A stretch of DNA of 64,000 nucleotides from positions 128,001 through 192,000 of the forward strand of contig CAVXEP010000022.1 in the NCBI GenBank assembly GCA_963760795.1, written 5' to 3'. A program made the translations under genes and the position numbers. Shown one piece after another: positions 34,728 through 46,523 of this stretch. Source of the stretch: an uncultured delta proteobacterium. Its GTDB lineage: Bacteria > Desulfobacterota > Binatia > UBA9968. Below the pieces are notes generated by a model, which saw nothing but the letters and a program-made list of their open reading frames with translations, made no database searches and was not told the DNA's origin. Every line of letters starts with the position of its first letter. Position 1 is the first letter of the stretch.

Positions 34728-34984
34728 TGCCTTTTCCTCCGCGGCTTCACCCAGCAAGCGCAAGTTGAAACTCCACACTGGTTATTTTCCATAGTTACCG
34801 CGCCGGCGCTTAAAGGGTCAAGGCGATTCGGTGGCGTTGTCGATGGGGTTTTGGTCACGTTCAGGAAGTTGCCCTGCGGCTCGGGCAACAGGGAATTTTT
34901 CTTGAATTCGCCGGCGTGGGAGATTAATGTCCGGGCGGTAGAGGCGCGATTCGCAGGCTGGTTCGAAACCTGTGGGAAACAGCG

Positions 34985-35980
34985 ATGGTCGACAAACAGG
35001 CTCGATTCATATTGGCTTGCTGCTTGATCCTTGCCGGTACGCCGTGGACCGGTACGCTCCAAGCACAGGAACGCTTGCGCCTCGCCTGGGCCGGCGGCGC
35101 GTCCAACGCGACGGTGTGGATCGTCCAGGACAAGGGTCTGATGAAAAAGCAGGGGGTCAACGCCGAGTTCATCTCAGTCAACGCTAGCCCGATGGCGCTG
35201 CAGGCGTTGCTCGCCGGCGAACTCGACGTCATCGTTACATCGGTCACGACGCTGGTCAATTCCCGGCTGACCGGCGCCGACGTAAAGATGATTGTCGCCA
35301 TCGTGCCGACCTTTCCCGCCCATATCGTCACGACGAAAAACATCACCGACGTCAAACAACTCAAAGGCAAAACCGGCGGCGTCGGCCGCGCCGGCACGAC
35401 CACCGAGATCGGAATGCGCCTCGGGCTGGCGCGCTTGGGCGTGGATCCGAATTCGGATGTGAAACTGGTGCCGGTCGGCGCGACGGCAGACGCCCTGGCC
35501 GCCTTGTCTAAAGGCCTGATCCAATTCGCCATCCTAGTCGAACCGTTTGTCCGCGAAGCCGAGAAGTTGGGCTTCAAATCGCTTGTCGACATCGGTTCGT
35601 TAAATCTGCCGTTTCACTGGAACGCCGCGATCACCCGCGAGACAACCATACGTTCCAGGGCGCCCCTGCTCAGCAAGCTGACCCGCGCCTTGGTCGAGGC
35701 GATCCATAGCTTCAAGAGCGACCGGGCGTCGACAGTCAAATCGATCAGTAAATACACCCGCATCACCGACGCCGACAGTCTCGACAGAACCTACCAAGCC
35801 TTCAGCAAAATTTTACCGGAGACACCCCTGCCGGCGGCAGATGGAGTGAAAAGTTATCTCGATTTTCTCGCGCCCACCCGCCCCGAAGCGGCGAAAGCCA
35901 ATGCCAACGAATTTGTCGATCTGAGCTTTGCGCAAGAAGTCCAAGCGTCGGGTCTGATCAAACAGTTGTACGGCAGGTAG
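34985..35980 (+). CDS. NitT/TauT substrate-binding protein
   Basis: Signal peptide, ALLAGELD and LKGKTGGVGRAGTTT. Confidence 0.9.
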   Translation: MVDKQARFILACCLILAGTPWTGTLQAQERLRLAWAGGASNATVWIVQDKGLMKKQGVNAEFISVNASPMALQALLAGELDVIVTSVTTLVNSRLTGADVKMIVAIVPTFPAHIVTTKNITDVKQLKGKTGGVGRAGTTTEIGMRLGLARLGVDPNSDVKLVPVGATADALAALSKGLIQFAILVEPFVREAEKLGFKSLVDIGSLNLPFHWNAAITRETTIRSRAPLLSKLTRALVEAIHSFKSDRASTVKSISKYTRITDADSLDRTYQAFSKILPETPLPAADGVKSYLDFLAPTRPEAAKANANEFVDLSFAQEVQASGLIKQLYGR

Positions 35981-36067
35981 ACGATGCCATTGGCAGCAGC
36001 ATTTGACGAGTTGCTTCAAAACCCGTTCGTCGGATAGTGTCGGTTGGTCGAATCCTGGAGGTGCTCT

Positions 36068-36910
36068 ATGCCCTACGCAACAGTTCGCGGTGTCAACATC
36101 AACTATCAAGTTCTCGGCAATAGCGGTCCCTGGGTCGCCCTCTCGCCCGGCGGCCGGCGCGACATGAGCGGCATCGAGCTGCTCGCCGGCGAAGTCGCCA
36201 AACGCGGTCACCGCGTCGTCATCTTCGACCGGCGCAACACCGGCGCTTCCGACGTAGTCATCGACGGCAACGATTCGGAGTACGAGATCTGGGCCGACGA
36301 CGTTCATGAATTACTCGGCCAACTCGGCGCCCTACCTGCCGTCGTCGGCGGCAGCTCGTCAGGTTGCCGCACTTCCCTGCTCTTCGCGCTTCGTCATCCC
36401 GAGTCCGTGCGCGCGCTTTTACTCTGGCGGGTGACCGGCGGCCGCTTCGCCTGCGAGCGTTTAGCCGAAGAGTACTACGGCCAATTCATCACGGCGGCCG
36501 GGAGTGGCGGCATGGCCGCGGTCTGCGACATGGATCATTGGAAAGAAAGAATCGCCGCGCGTCCGGCAAACCGCGACGTATTAATGAAAATGGAGCCGCA
36601 GCAGTTCATTCGAGTCATGTCACGCTGGCGCGAATATTTTCTCAAAGGCGCGGATCTGCCGGTCATCGGCGCCACCGAAGCGGACCTGAAATCGATCCAG
36701 GTACCGGCCTGCATCGTCCCGGGCAACGATCTCACCCATGGACGGCAAACCGGCGAGACTCTCGGTCGCCTGCTGCCAACCAGTGAAGTCCACGTGCTGT
36801 TTCCCAAGCACTATGACGAGCCGCTCAGCCCGCGCGAACAATGGGATGAAAAGGCCGGCGACATGGCAGCGCTATTCAGCGACTTCCTCAAACGCTCGAA
36901 TGTACAATGA
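36068..36910 (+). CDS. Alpha/beta hydrolase
   Basis: FDRRNTGAS and nucleophile elbow GSSSG; ATG follows GGAGG. Confidence 0.88.
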   Translation: MPYATVRGVNINYQVLGNSGPWVALSPGGRRDMSGIELLAGEVAKRGHRVVIFDRRNTGASDVVIDGNDSEYEIWADDVHELLGQLGALPAVVGGSSSGCRTSLLFALRHPESVRALLLWRVTGGRFACERLAEEYYGQFITAAGSGGMAAVCDMDHWKERIAARPANRDVLMKMEPQQFIRVMSRWREYFLKGADLPVIGATEADLKSIQVPACIVPGNDLTHGRQTGETLGRLLPTSEVHVLFPKHYDEPLSPREQWDEKAGDMAALFSDFLKRSNVQ

Positions 36911-36913
36911 GTT

Positions 36914-37021
36914 TTCACCACCAAGGACATGGTTCGACTACCCTGACGACGGGCACCGGCCAAGAAGTTCGAAATCTTATTCAGTCGAAACCTTCTTGTC
37001 CTTCGTGACCTTCGTGGTGAG
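36914..37021. repeat. CACGAAG-unit palindromic repeat with an internal insertion
   Basis: ttcaccaccaaggaca ... ccttcttgtccttcgtgaccttcgtggtga. Confidence 0.75.
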
Positions 37022-37065
37022 AAACGATTCTCATTAAGCCTTAGCAATCACCCAAGGAGACAAAA

Positions 37066-37746
37066 ATGATCGAACCGTTGGACGCACTCAGAGATAAAAT
37101 GGTAATGGTCGCCAAAATATTGCAACACCAAGGCGTCATCGATGGCTACGGCCACATCACCGCGCGTTTGCCGGAAAATAGAATTCTCAGCACGCCGCAT
37201 ATGCCTCCGGGCAAAGTCGCCGTGCGCGATCTGATCATCCTCGACGCCGACGGCAAGAAGCTCGAAGGCTTCGGCGCGCCCAACGGCGAGACCGCCATGC
37301 ACACCTCCATCTACAAAGCCCGGCCGGATGTCCAGTGCATTCTGCACTACCACGCCGATGAACTGGTCGCCGTCGCCGCCACCGGCCAAGAGATCAAAGT
37401 GATCTCCAACTGCGGCGTCAACTTTCACCGTGGCACGCCAATTTACGACTCACCCGTGCTGATCCGCAATGAACAGCTAGGCGACAAAGTCGCGGTCACT
37501 CTCGGCGACAAAGTCGCCGTCCTGTTGCGCGGTCACGGCGGCACCGTGGTGGCACAGAACCTAGACCAGCTCTGCCGTCTCGGCCTCGACTTCGTGCGCG
37601 CGGCGAAAATCCAGATCATGGCCGCACCGCTCGGGCCGGTAAAGGTCCATTCAAAAGAGGAATGTGAAGCGATGACTCGCATCGAGACCCGGCCCGACGT
37701 CCATCGGCGGTTTATCGACTATTACGTTTCCGAGGTTGTCGATTGA
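37066..37746 (+). CDS. Class II aldolase/adducin family protein
   Basis: GHITAR, E..MH..IY, LHYH and LLRGHG. Confidence 0.9.
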   Translation: MIEPLDALRDKMVMVAKILQHQGVIDGYGHITARLPENRILSTPHMPPGKVAVRDLIILDADGKKLEGFGAPNGETAMHTSIYKARPDVQCILHYHADELVAVAATGQEIKVISNCGVNFHRGTPIYDSPVLIRNEQLGDKVAVTLGDKVAVLLRGHGGTVVAQNLDQLCRLGLDFVRAAKIQIMAAPLGPVKVHSKEECEAMTRIETRPDVHRRFIDYYVSEVVD

Positions 37747-37998
37747 ATGCGGCCAATCTCGGTGCGTATTCTGGTCTCCGCGCACGTGCCGGCGCCGCGC
37801 CTTGTTAATGATGTGTACTTAGCTGGACTCATGATGGAGCAACTCTAGTTACACCGTCTGTCAACCGCAGATACAGCGGAGGCTTCGCTTGCCGCGAGTT
37901 AAAGGAAAAACTCAGCGGATTTAGTTCGTCCATAGCTGGAACATAGTTTGCTAACCAATCTCGTCAGCAATTCAAGATCAGAAGGAGGTCAACAAACC

Positions 37999-39024
37999 AT
38001 GGCTGATAGAGCTAAAGTATGCATCGACCGAGTGTTGCCGCAACAAGTCATGCAACCGCAACGGACAATGAAGAGTCGCGGTCGGGACCGTGCCATATCA
38101 CCGATTGGCAAAGCCTGGATGAACGGTTCGGATCTGAAGGTTCGATTCATGGGCGGTAGCACAGCCGAACAAACAGTGGCCAAAGAGCAAGCGTCTTGGT
38201 GGGGCGCTGTCGCCAATCTCAAGTTCGATTTCAATAACGCCGCCACCGCCGATATCCGCATTGCCTTCGATCCCGACGACGGCGCCTGGTCCTATGTGGG
38301 AACGGACTGCAAAAGCATCCCGGTCAATCAACCGACCATGAACTTGGGCTTTCTCGACGGCGGCACCGCGGCCCACGAGTTCGGCCATGCCATCGGCCTC
38401 GCCCACGAGCACCAGAACCCGCGCGGCGGCATCGAATGGAACGAACCTATGGTGATCGCCGAGCTGGCCAAGTCTCCCAACTTCTGGGACGAGGCCACAA
38501 CTCGCCACAACGTGCTCCGCAAATACACTATCGACCAGATCAACGGTACAGAGTTCGATCCTGACTCGATTATGCTTTACTTCTTCCCCGCCTCTTGGAC
38601 GCTCAACGGGATCGCCACCAAAGCCAACGACATACTTTCGACAATCGACAAGCAGTTCATCGCGGGCGCCAAGATGTATCCCAAGACCGGCGGAACGACA
38701 TCGACAGCGGTGGAGTTGGAAGTGAACGCCGCGCGCCGCACCGCGGCTGCCATCGGCAAAGTCGGCGAAGAGGACCTGTTCCGTTTCACCGCCCCACGGG
38801 ATGCGCGCTACTTGATCGATACTCGCGGCCCCACCGATGTCGTCATGAAACTCTTTGGCCCCAACAGCGAAACCGCCCTGATTGCCGAGGATGACGACTC
38901 GGGCATCGACACCAATGCGCTGATCGTTAGAGATCTGCTGGCCGGCAACTACTTCGTGCAGGTGCGCCACTACAACCGCGCCAACGGCATGGGTAATTAC
39001 ACGATCAAAGTGCGGCGGTTATAA
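37999..39024 (+). CDS. M12 (astacin-like) zinc metalloprotease with a C-terminal PPC-like domain
   Basis: HEFGHAIGLAH zinc motif, Met-turn DSIM, and C-terminal DLFRF...EDDDSG...AGNYFVQV; ATG follows GGAGG. Confidence 0.9.
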   Translation: MADRAKVCIDRVLPQQVMQPQRTMKSRGRDRAISPIGKAWMNGSDLKVRFMGGSTAEQTVAKEQASWWGAVANLKFDFNNAATADIRIAFDPDDGAWSYVGTDCKSIPVNQPTMNLGFLDGGTAAHEFGHAIGLAHEHQNPRGGIEWNEPMVIAELAKSPNFWDEATTRHNVLRKYTIDQINGTEFDPDSIMLYFFPASWTLNGIATKANDILSTIDKQFIAGAKMYPKTGGTTSTAVELEVNAARRTAAAIGKVGEEDLFRFTAPRDARYLIDTRGPTDVVMKLFGPNSETALIAEDDDSGIDTNALIVRDLLAGNYFVQVRHYNRANGMGNYTIKVRRL

Positions 39025-39212
39025 ATAGGCCCCGCTGGGTTTCCCAGTGAATTTTGACTCGCTTTCTCAACCTTGCCGGCAATGCTGATTGACGAGCATT
39101 GCCGGCAAGGAAGACCTCGCACCGTTCCGCTCACCACACCTTGCTTGCGCGCCGACTGCCCACGTAATGTGCCAGCCATCTTCGCAAAGAGCACCATTCA
39201 CGAGGGCATGAA

Positions 39213-40653
39213 ATGAGCGCCGATCGCAATCCCTTCGCATCTACATCCCCAGACATAAAAACCACCGCCGCATCCGCCGAATTCGTCGAGCAGATTACCT
39301 TCGACGCGATTCCCGCCGAAGCGTTGCGCATCGGCACCCGCTGCTTGCTCGACGGCTTGGGATTATTCGTCGCCGGCTCGGCAGAGCACACAGCCCAACT
39401 GCTGGTAGAAGAAGCGGAACAATCCGGCGGTCGCCCGGATGCGCTCTTGCTCAGCCGTGGCAACGTCAAAGTACCCGCGCCCATGGCGGCGCGCGTGCTC
39501 GGCGCCGCCGGCCATGCGCACGATTGGGACGACAGCCAAGTCAGCGTCGATTCCGCCCATGTCTATGGTCTTTTAACTCATCCGACCATTCCGCCGCTAG
39601 CGAGCGCACTGGTGATGACGCAGAAACTCGGCGGCATCGACGGTCAAGACATTCATGCTTGCTTTCCTCACCGGTTTCGAAGTCGAATGCAAGATTTCCG
39701 AATGGATGCTGCCGCAGCATTATTTGCGCGGCTTCCATTCCAGCGGCACCGTTGGCACATTCGGCGCTTTTGCCGCGGCGGCGAAACTTTTGCGATTGAA
39801 AGGCGAACAACTGCGCAGCGGCTTCGGCATCGCCGCCAGCTTCGCCGCCGGCATTCGCTGCAACTTCGGCACCATGACCAAGCCGCTCCATGTCGGCCGA
39901 GCGGCGGAGAATGGCGTGACCGCGGCACTGCTCGCGGCGCGCGGCTTCACCGCCGACCCCGATGCGCTCGACGGCCCCTGGGGTTACTTCGCCGTCCAAG
40001 GCGGCGGCGTCAGCGCCGAGAAAATCTCCCAAGGTTTCGGCAAAACCTGGACCATCGTCGAGCCCGGTGTTTCGATTAAACCCTACCCGTGCGGTGTGCT
40101 CACCCACCCGACCATCGATTTGATGTTGAAACTGGTCAGCGACCACGATGTAAAGCCGGACGATATCGAAACGGTAAAAGTCTACGCCGGTTCGAATATC
40201 TTGAATCCCATCCGCTACCCCATCGCGGCCAATCATCTGCAGGCGAAGTTCTCGTTGCCGGCAGCATTAGCTATGATCGCGCTGGCCCGCAAAGCCGGCA
40301 AGACCGAATTCTCCGATGCGTTCGTCGGCGCAGCCCCCATGCAAGCAATGCAAAAACGCATCACCACCGAACTCGACCCCGCGATCGAAAAAATGGGCTT
40401 CGACAAAATGCGCTCGCGCATCGCGATCAAATTGAAAGACGGCAAGCAGGTTGAAGGCTGGGCCGACGAACGCTACCGCGGCGGCCCGGACAATCCGCTG
40501 AGCGATGCGGAGCTGGAGGCAAAGGTGCGTTCCTGCTGCGAGAACGTCATCGATGCAAGCAGCCAGGCAAAATTGATCGACGCGGCATGGTCCGTCCGCA
40601 AACTACTGGACGCCCGTCGACTCATGATGCTACTAAATAGTATCGACGATTAG
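39213..40653 (+). CDS. MmgE/PrpD family protein (frameshift near 39645)
   Basis: HAHDWDD and THP in the first frame; GFH, KPLHVG, IKPYPC and AKFS in the second. Confidence 0.88.
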
Positions 40654-40710
40654 TTTGATGGGAGTGTCTAGCGCGGCAACGCGTAACCAAGATTCACAAG
40701 GAGATTACTT

Positions 40711-41838
40711 ATGAAAATTTCCGACATCGAAATCATCGAGCTGCAAAACATTCCCGTCACCCCGCCGCTGTTCAAACAGCCGCTGCGCACCGGGGTGCGG
40801 CTTTTGAAACTCAAGACCGACGACGGGCATGTCGGCTTGTCGCAGATCGGCGGCTTCTTGCACGCCGCTACGATCGCCGCGATCAAGGAGGAGCTTCTGC
40901 CGTTCCTGAAAGGCAAAGACCCGCTGGAGAACGAGCGCCTGATGCATCAGATGCTGTGGAAGTTCAACACCCGTGCCCATGGCGGCGTGTGGAATTATGC
41001 CGTCAGCGCCATCGACGTGGCGTTGTGGGACATCAAGGGCAAGTTTTATAACACGCCGGTGTGGCGACTGCTCGGCGGCGCACAAAAAGCGATCCCGGCT
41101 TACATTACTTTCGGTCTGCGCGCCTACAGTCGCGACGAATTGGCAGCCGCGGCCAAACACTGGCTGGCGAGCGGCCAGAGCCGGCTTAAGGTTCAAGTCG
41201 GCCGGGTCAACATCCGCGGCGAAAGCGACCCGGGCGGCGCCAGCGCCGAGCACCGCAGCGACAATCCGGCCGAAGATGTCGCGCGCATGAGAGCCGTGCG
41301 CGACGCGGTGGGCGACGATGTCGAATTGATGGCCGATGCCAATTGTTTGATGAAGCTCGATACGGCGGTGCGCTGGTGCAAAGCATTCGAGCCGCTTAAC
41401 TTGACCTGGTTCGAAGAGCCGATCATTCATAATGATCCTCACTTGCTCGCCCAACTGCGAAAGCAGACCCATATCCCGATTGCCGCCGGACAGTGGGAAA
41501 ACTTCTCGCGCCTCGCCGACTTGGTGCGCGCCGACGCCGTCGATTTTCTCAACATCCATGTGCTCTCGGTCGGCGGTTTCACCATGGGTATGAAGGCCGC
41601 GGGCTTGGCTCAGGCATTCAATTTGCCCATCGGCAACGGCGACCAATTCGACTTTCACCTCCACGCCGCCGTGCCCAACGGCTGGCGCGCCGAGATTCAC
41701 GTCAATAATTGGCTGACGACAAACGCCATCTACAAAGGAGTACCGACGCTCGCCGACGGGTGGGTCACGCTCAGCGAAAGAGCCGGACTTGGAGTCGAAC
41801 TCAATGAGGATTCGGTGAAAGAGTACCGGACCAAGTAA
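40711..41838 (+). CDS. Mandelate racemase/muconate lactonizing enzyme (enolase superfamily) protein
   Basis: SAIDVALWDIKGK...PVWRLLGG, LMADAN, WFEEP and GLGVE. Confidence 0.92.
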   Translation: MKISDIEIIELQNIPVTPPLFKQPLRTGVRLLKLKTDDGHVGLSQIGGFLHAATIAAIKEELLPFLKGKDPLENERLMHQMLWKFNTRAHGGVWNYAVSAIDVALWDIKGKFYNTPVWRLLGGAQKAIPAYITFGLRAYSRDELAAAAKHWLASGQSRLKVQVGRVNIRGESDPGGASAEHRSDNPAEDVARMRAVRDAVGDDVELMADANCLMKLDTAVRWCKAFEPLNLTWFEEPIIHNDPHLLAQLRKQTHIPIAAGQWENFSRLADLVRADAVDFLNIHVLSVGGFTMGMKAAGLAQAFNLPIGNGDQFDFHLHAAVPNGWRAEIHVNNWLTTNAIYKGVPTLADGWVTLSERAGLGVELNEDSVKEYRTK

Positions 41839-41842
41839 AATA

Positions 41843-43063
41843 ATGAACCGTCGACATTTTAATAGAACTCTTCTCACCGCCGGCGCTGCCATATTCGCGC
41901 CGTTCAACATCGCCCGCGCGCAATTGAACAAACTCAAAATCGGCGTTCTGCTGCCAAAGTCCGGCCTGCAGGGACAGATCGGCCAATCTTGTCAGAAAGG
42001 CGCCGATCTCGCGCCGGGGGTTATTAAAGAGTTACTCGGCGTCGACATCGAGCTGCTCAACGCCGACACCGAAAGCAACGTCGACACCGCGCGCACGCGG
42101 GCGGAGAAATTGATTCAGGAAGGCGCCGACTGTTTGGTCGGGCCGTTCGACTCCGGCGCGGCTGGCGCCATCGCACAAGTCGCTGAGCAGCGCGGCGTAC
42201 CGTTTGTCATTAACATCGCCGCGGCGCCGCAGATCACCGAACAGGGCTACAAGTTCGTCTTTCGCAATTTCCCCATCGCGACAGAGTTGGTGAAAAACGG
42301 CCTGGCGCTCACCGATGAGCTTTTCAAGGCCACCGGCGCAACGCCGCGCACGGCGGTGTTCATGCATGTTAACGACACCTTCGGCCAAGCCAACGCCAAA
42401 GCGGTCGGCGCGCTCCTGCCGCAGCTAAATCTGCCGTTTAAGCTGGTCGATACCATCGCTTACGATCCGGCGGCGAAAGACTTGACTGTCGAAATCGCCA
42501 AGGCGAAAGCGACCAAAGCCGATTTCTTACTGCTGGTCTGCCGCTTGAACGACGCCATCGCGCTGCGCCGGGAGATCGTCAAACAGCGCTGGAACGTCAT
42601 GGGCATCGTCAGCCCCGGCTCTCCCGGCATGTACGAGAATCAGTTTTTTCAGACGCTCGGTAAATTATCCGAAGGCTGCATTTCCAACGTGCCCTGGTTC
42701 GACCCCAAAGCAGCGTTGACGAAATCCGTGGACAGCGCGTTCAGAAAACTAAATCCGAAAGACCAGCTGAAATTTCATGCGCTCAACGTCGGTTATACCT
42801 TTGAAGCCTTGCTGATCGCCGCCGACGCCTTCAAGCGCGCGAAGTCGACCGCCGCCCAGCCGCTCACCGAAGCGATTCGCCAGACTGAAATTACCAACCG
42901 CATGATGATCGGCGCGCCGATCAAGTTCAATGCCAAAGGCCAAGTCGAGGGCAACCTTTCGGCCTGCATTCAGAATCAGGGGCAGCAACCCGTGGTCGTG
43001 TTACCCGCGCCATCCGCTGAAGCCAAACCACTGTTTCCTTGGCGCGAGTACAAGCGCGCGTAG
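41843..43063 (+). CDS. Branched-chain-type ABC substrate-binding protein (Tat signal)
   Basis: NRRHF signal, KIGVLLP.SG and LVGPFDSG; upstream of livHMGF-like genes. Confidence 0.9.
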   Translation: MNRRHFNRTLLTAGAAIFAPFNIARAQLNKLKIGVLLPKSGLQGQIGQSCQKGADLAPGVIKELLGVDIELLNADTESNVDTARTRAEKLIQEGADCLVGPFDSGAAGAIAQVAEQRGVPFVINIAAAPQITEQGYKFVFRNFPIATELVKNGLALTDELFKATGATPRTAVFMHVNDTFGQANAKAVGALLPQLNLPFKLVDTIAYDPAAKDLTVEIAKAKATKADFLLLVCRLNDAIALRREIVKQRWNVMGIVSPGSPGMYENQFFQTLGKLSEGCISNVPWFDPKAALTKSVDSAFRKLNPKDQLKFHALNVGYTFEALLIAADAFKRAKSTAAQPLTEAIRQTEITNRMMIGAPIKFNAKGQVEGNLSACIQNQGQQPVVVLPAPSAEAKPLFPWREYKRA

Positions 43064-43081
43064 CGCGCCCGACGGTCGCAT

Positions 43082-43160
43082 GTTCAAGATTCAAAGGTTC
43101 AACGCTCAACGTCAGATCCCAATCCGAGCCTTGGACCTTTGAACTTTTGAACCTTGAACG
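43082..43160. repeat. TTGAACC-unit imperfect palindrome
   Basis: gttcaagattcaaaggttcaac ... tttgaacttttgaaccttgaac. Confidence 0.7.
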
Positions 43161-43172
43161 GAAGTTTTCACA

Positions 43173-44048
43173 ATGGCCCTCGACTTCGTGAACCTAGTCA
43201 ACGTCATGATCTCCGGCGTTTTGACGGGCCTCGTCTACGGCTTAATGGCGCTGGGCCTCTCGGTCATCTTCGGCGTCGCGCGCGTGGTCAACTTCGCCCA
43301 TGGCGAGATGATGACGCTCGCCATGTACGCCAGCGTGATTTTGTTCAGCGCCTTTGAGCTGAATCCATTCATAGCCGTTCTTCCCGTCGCCGCGATCTTC
43401 TTTGTCTTGGGCTACGGCTTGCAACGCTGGATCGTCAATCCCTTCGTCACCCGTCCCGAGCACATGCAATTCATGCTGCTGCTCTCAATCGCCATCATTC
43501 TGACCAACGGCCAATTGATATTCTTCGGCCCCGACGCGCGCAGCGTGCGGCTCGACAGTTTGCTTGAATCCATCGAACTCGGCTCGCTCTTGATCGACCG
43601 CGGCAAACTCTACGCCGCGCTGGTCGCTCTCGGCACTGCAGCCGCGCTGTTCAGCTTCTTCCGCTTCACTCGCAGCGGCACGGCGATCCGCGCTTGCGCC
43701 GACAACTGGCTCGGCGCCAAGGTCGTCGGCTTGAACGTCAAGCAGCTCTACGCTTTGGCGTTCGGCTTAGGCTCTGTCTGTGTCGCCGTCGCCGGCTGTA
43801 TGATGATCTTGCTCGTCGACCTGACGCCGAGCATCGGCCCCGGCTATACGCTGCTCGCCTTCGTCATCGTCATTGTCGGCGGACTCGGTTCGATGAACGG
43901 CGCGCTGGTCGGCGGCGTACTCATCGGTCTATCGGAAGCACTGGCCGGACTTTTCATCCTGCCCTCGGCGAAATCCATGTTTAGCTTCGCGTTGCTGATC
44001 GTCGTGCTGCTGCTGCGCCCGCGTGGTCTGCTAGGCGGCCGGCGGTGA
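43173..44048 (+). CDS. livH: Branched-chain ABC permease, LivH-like
   Basis: GLVYGLMALGLSVIFGV..VVNFAHGE, G.AIRA and GGLGS..GA. Confidence 0.9.
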   Translation: MALDFVNLVNVMISGVLTGLVYGLMALGLSVIFGVARVVNFAHGEMMTLAMYASVILFSAFELNPFIAVLPVAAIFFVLGYGLQRWIVNPFVTRPEHMQFMLLLSIAIILTNGQLIFFGPDARSVRLDSLLESIELGSLLIDRGKLYAALVALGTAAALFSFFRFTRSGTAIRACADNWLGAKVVGLNVKQLYALAFGLGSVCVAVAGCMMILLVDLTPSIGPGYTLLAFVIVIVGGLGSMNGALVGGVLIGLSEALAGLFILPSAKSMFSFALLIVVLLLRPRGLLGGRR

Positions 44049-45013
44049 ACCGTCGCGCCGTCAGCTTACTGTCGACACTGGCTGCGGCACTGATCGCCCT
44101 GCCGGCTCTTGCCAACGACTATTTTATTTCCATCGCCACACTTTTTTTGTTCTTCGCCTACACGGGCCAAGCTTGGAACATCATGATGGGCTTCGCCGGA
44201 CAACTCTCCCTCGGCCACGCCTTGTATCTCGGTGTCGGCGGCTACAGCGCCGGCGCTCTCTATTTTCACTATGGCATCGGTCCCTGGGTGGGCGTGGGGC
44301 TGGCAATCATCGTTTGCATCGCGCTCGGCGCGTTTCTCGGCGCCCTGGCCTTTCGCTACGGCATCTCCGGCGTTTACTTCACGCTTTTAACCATCGCCTT
44401 CGCCGAGTTCGCGCGCATCGGCTTCGATCACCTCTCCTGGACCGGCGGTTCGGCCGGACTATTTCTCAAAGTCGCCCAGCGCGACCGCATCGATCTGGTC
44501 AATCTGCGCGGCCCCCCGGCGTTGTACTACTACGCGATCCTAGCTCTCACCGCGCTGGCCTTCGGATTCTCGGCGTGGTTATTGCGCCGCCGGCCCGGCT
44601 ACTACTGGCAAGCGATTCGCGAAAACGAGGAAGCCGCGCGCGCTCTTGGCATCAATACCCTTCGCTGGAAAATACTCGCCGTTGTTATCAGCGCCGCTAT
44701 GACTGGGGTGGCGGGCGTGTTTCTTGCGTTCTATTACAACAATCTTTTTCCCGAGCAGATTTTTAACATCAGCCGCTCCGTCGAAATCATCCTGGGGCCC
44801 ATCGTCGGCGGCATGGGCACGCTGTTCGGCCCGATCATTGGGGCAGCGCTAATGACGCTTGCTCACCGACGGCGCCACCGAATTGGTCGCTGCCCTCGGC
44901 TGGGATATCCCCGGCGTCAAACAACTCGTCTACGGGGTAATTTTATTGGTCGTCGTCGTTTATCTACCCGACGGCATCTGGCCGGCGATCGCGCGCAAGT
45001 TGAAACTGGAGCG

Positions 45014-45017
<4 letters not shown>
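44045..45017 (+). CDS. livM: Branched-chain ABC permease, LivM-like (frameshift near 44860)
   Basis: WNI..GFAGQLSLGH, AIRENEEAA and GGMGTLFGP; the corrected frame ends at TGA 45017, overlapping the next ATG. Confidence 0.85.
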
Positions 45018-45735
<718 letters not shown>

Positions 45736-45739
<4 letters not shown>

Positions 45740-46451
45740 GCGCCTTACTCGAAGTCACCGATCTCGCCCTGAGCTATGGCGGCGCCGCAGCGCTTAACGG
45801 CGTCTCGCTGGAAATCCACAAAGGCGAGATGGTCGCTCTGATCGGCGCCAACGGCGCCGGCAAATCTTCGTTCATTCGCGCCATCGCGGGTATCGAGCGG
45901 CCGATCACCGGCAGGATTGTTTTTGCCGGCCGCGACATCGCCGCGCTCGAGTCTCACCAGATATGCAATCTCGGCATCGGCCAGGTCGCCGAGGGGCGCC
46001 AGCTGTTTGCCAGCATTGACCGTTCTGGAAAATTTGCAACTGGGCGCGATGCTGCAACGCGCACGTGGGCAAACGAAACAATCGCTGAACAAGGTTTTCG
46101 CGACTTCTTCCCCGTCTGGCTGAAAGACGGAAGCAACTCGCCGGCACGTTATCGGGCGGCGAACAACAGATGCTCGCCATCGGCCGTTGCCTGATGGGCT
46201 GCCCGGAACTCATCATGCTCGACGAGCCATCCCTCGGCCTGGCGCCCAACCTCGTGCAAGAAACGCTGCTCGCCATTCGCCAGTTGAATCACAACGGCCT
46301 GACGGTGCTTCTGGTCGAACAGAACGTCGCCGCGTCTTTAAAGATTTGCCGACGCGGTTATGTGCTGGAGAACGGCCGCATCGTCATGACCGGCAGCGGG
46401 GATGAACTTCTGAACGACGATGGCGTACGCCAGGCGTATCTCGGATTATAG
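45736..46451 (+). CDS. livF: Branched-chain ABC ATPase, LivF-like (frameshifts near 46015 and 46110)
   Basis: [37 protein letters not shown] and VEQN, spread across three frames. Confidence 0.85.
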
Positions 46452-46466
46452 AACAATCCCGACTGC

Positions 46467-46523
46467 CGTTAAACGTTCACAGTGAATCTCCTGACCTGAA
46501 CCTTGAACCCTTGAACCTTGAAC
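46467..46523. repeat. TTGAACC-unit repeat
   Basis: cctgaaccttgaacccttgaaccttgaac with a short upstream complementary arm. Confidence 0.65.

Noticed and set aside
34780-34985. Possible riboswitch between divergent SBP genes (hairpin gttgccc/gggcaac)
   Set aside because: No recognisable aptamer consensus, only a single short hairpin.
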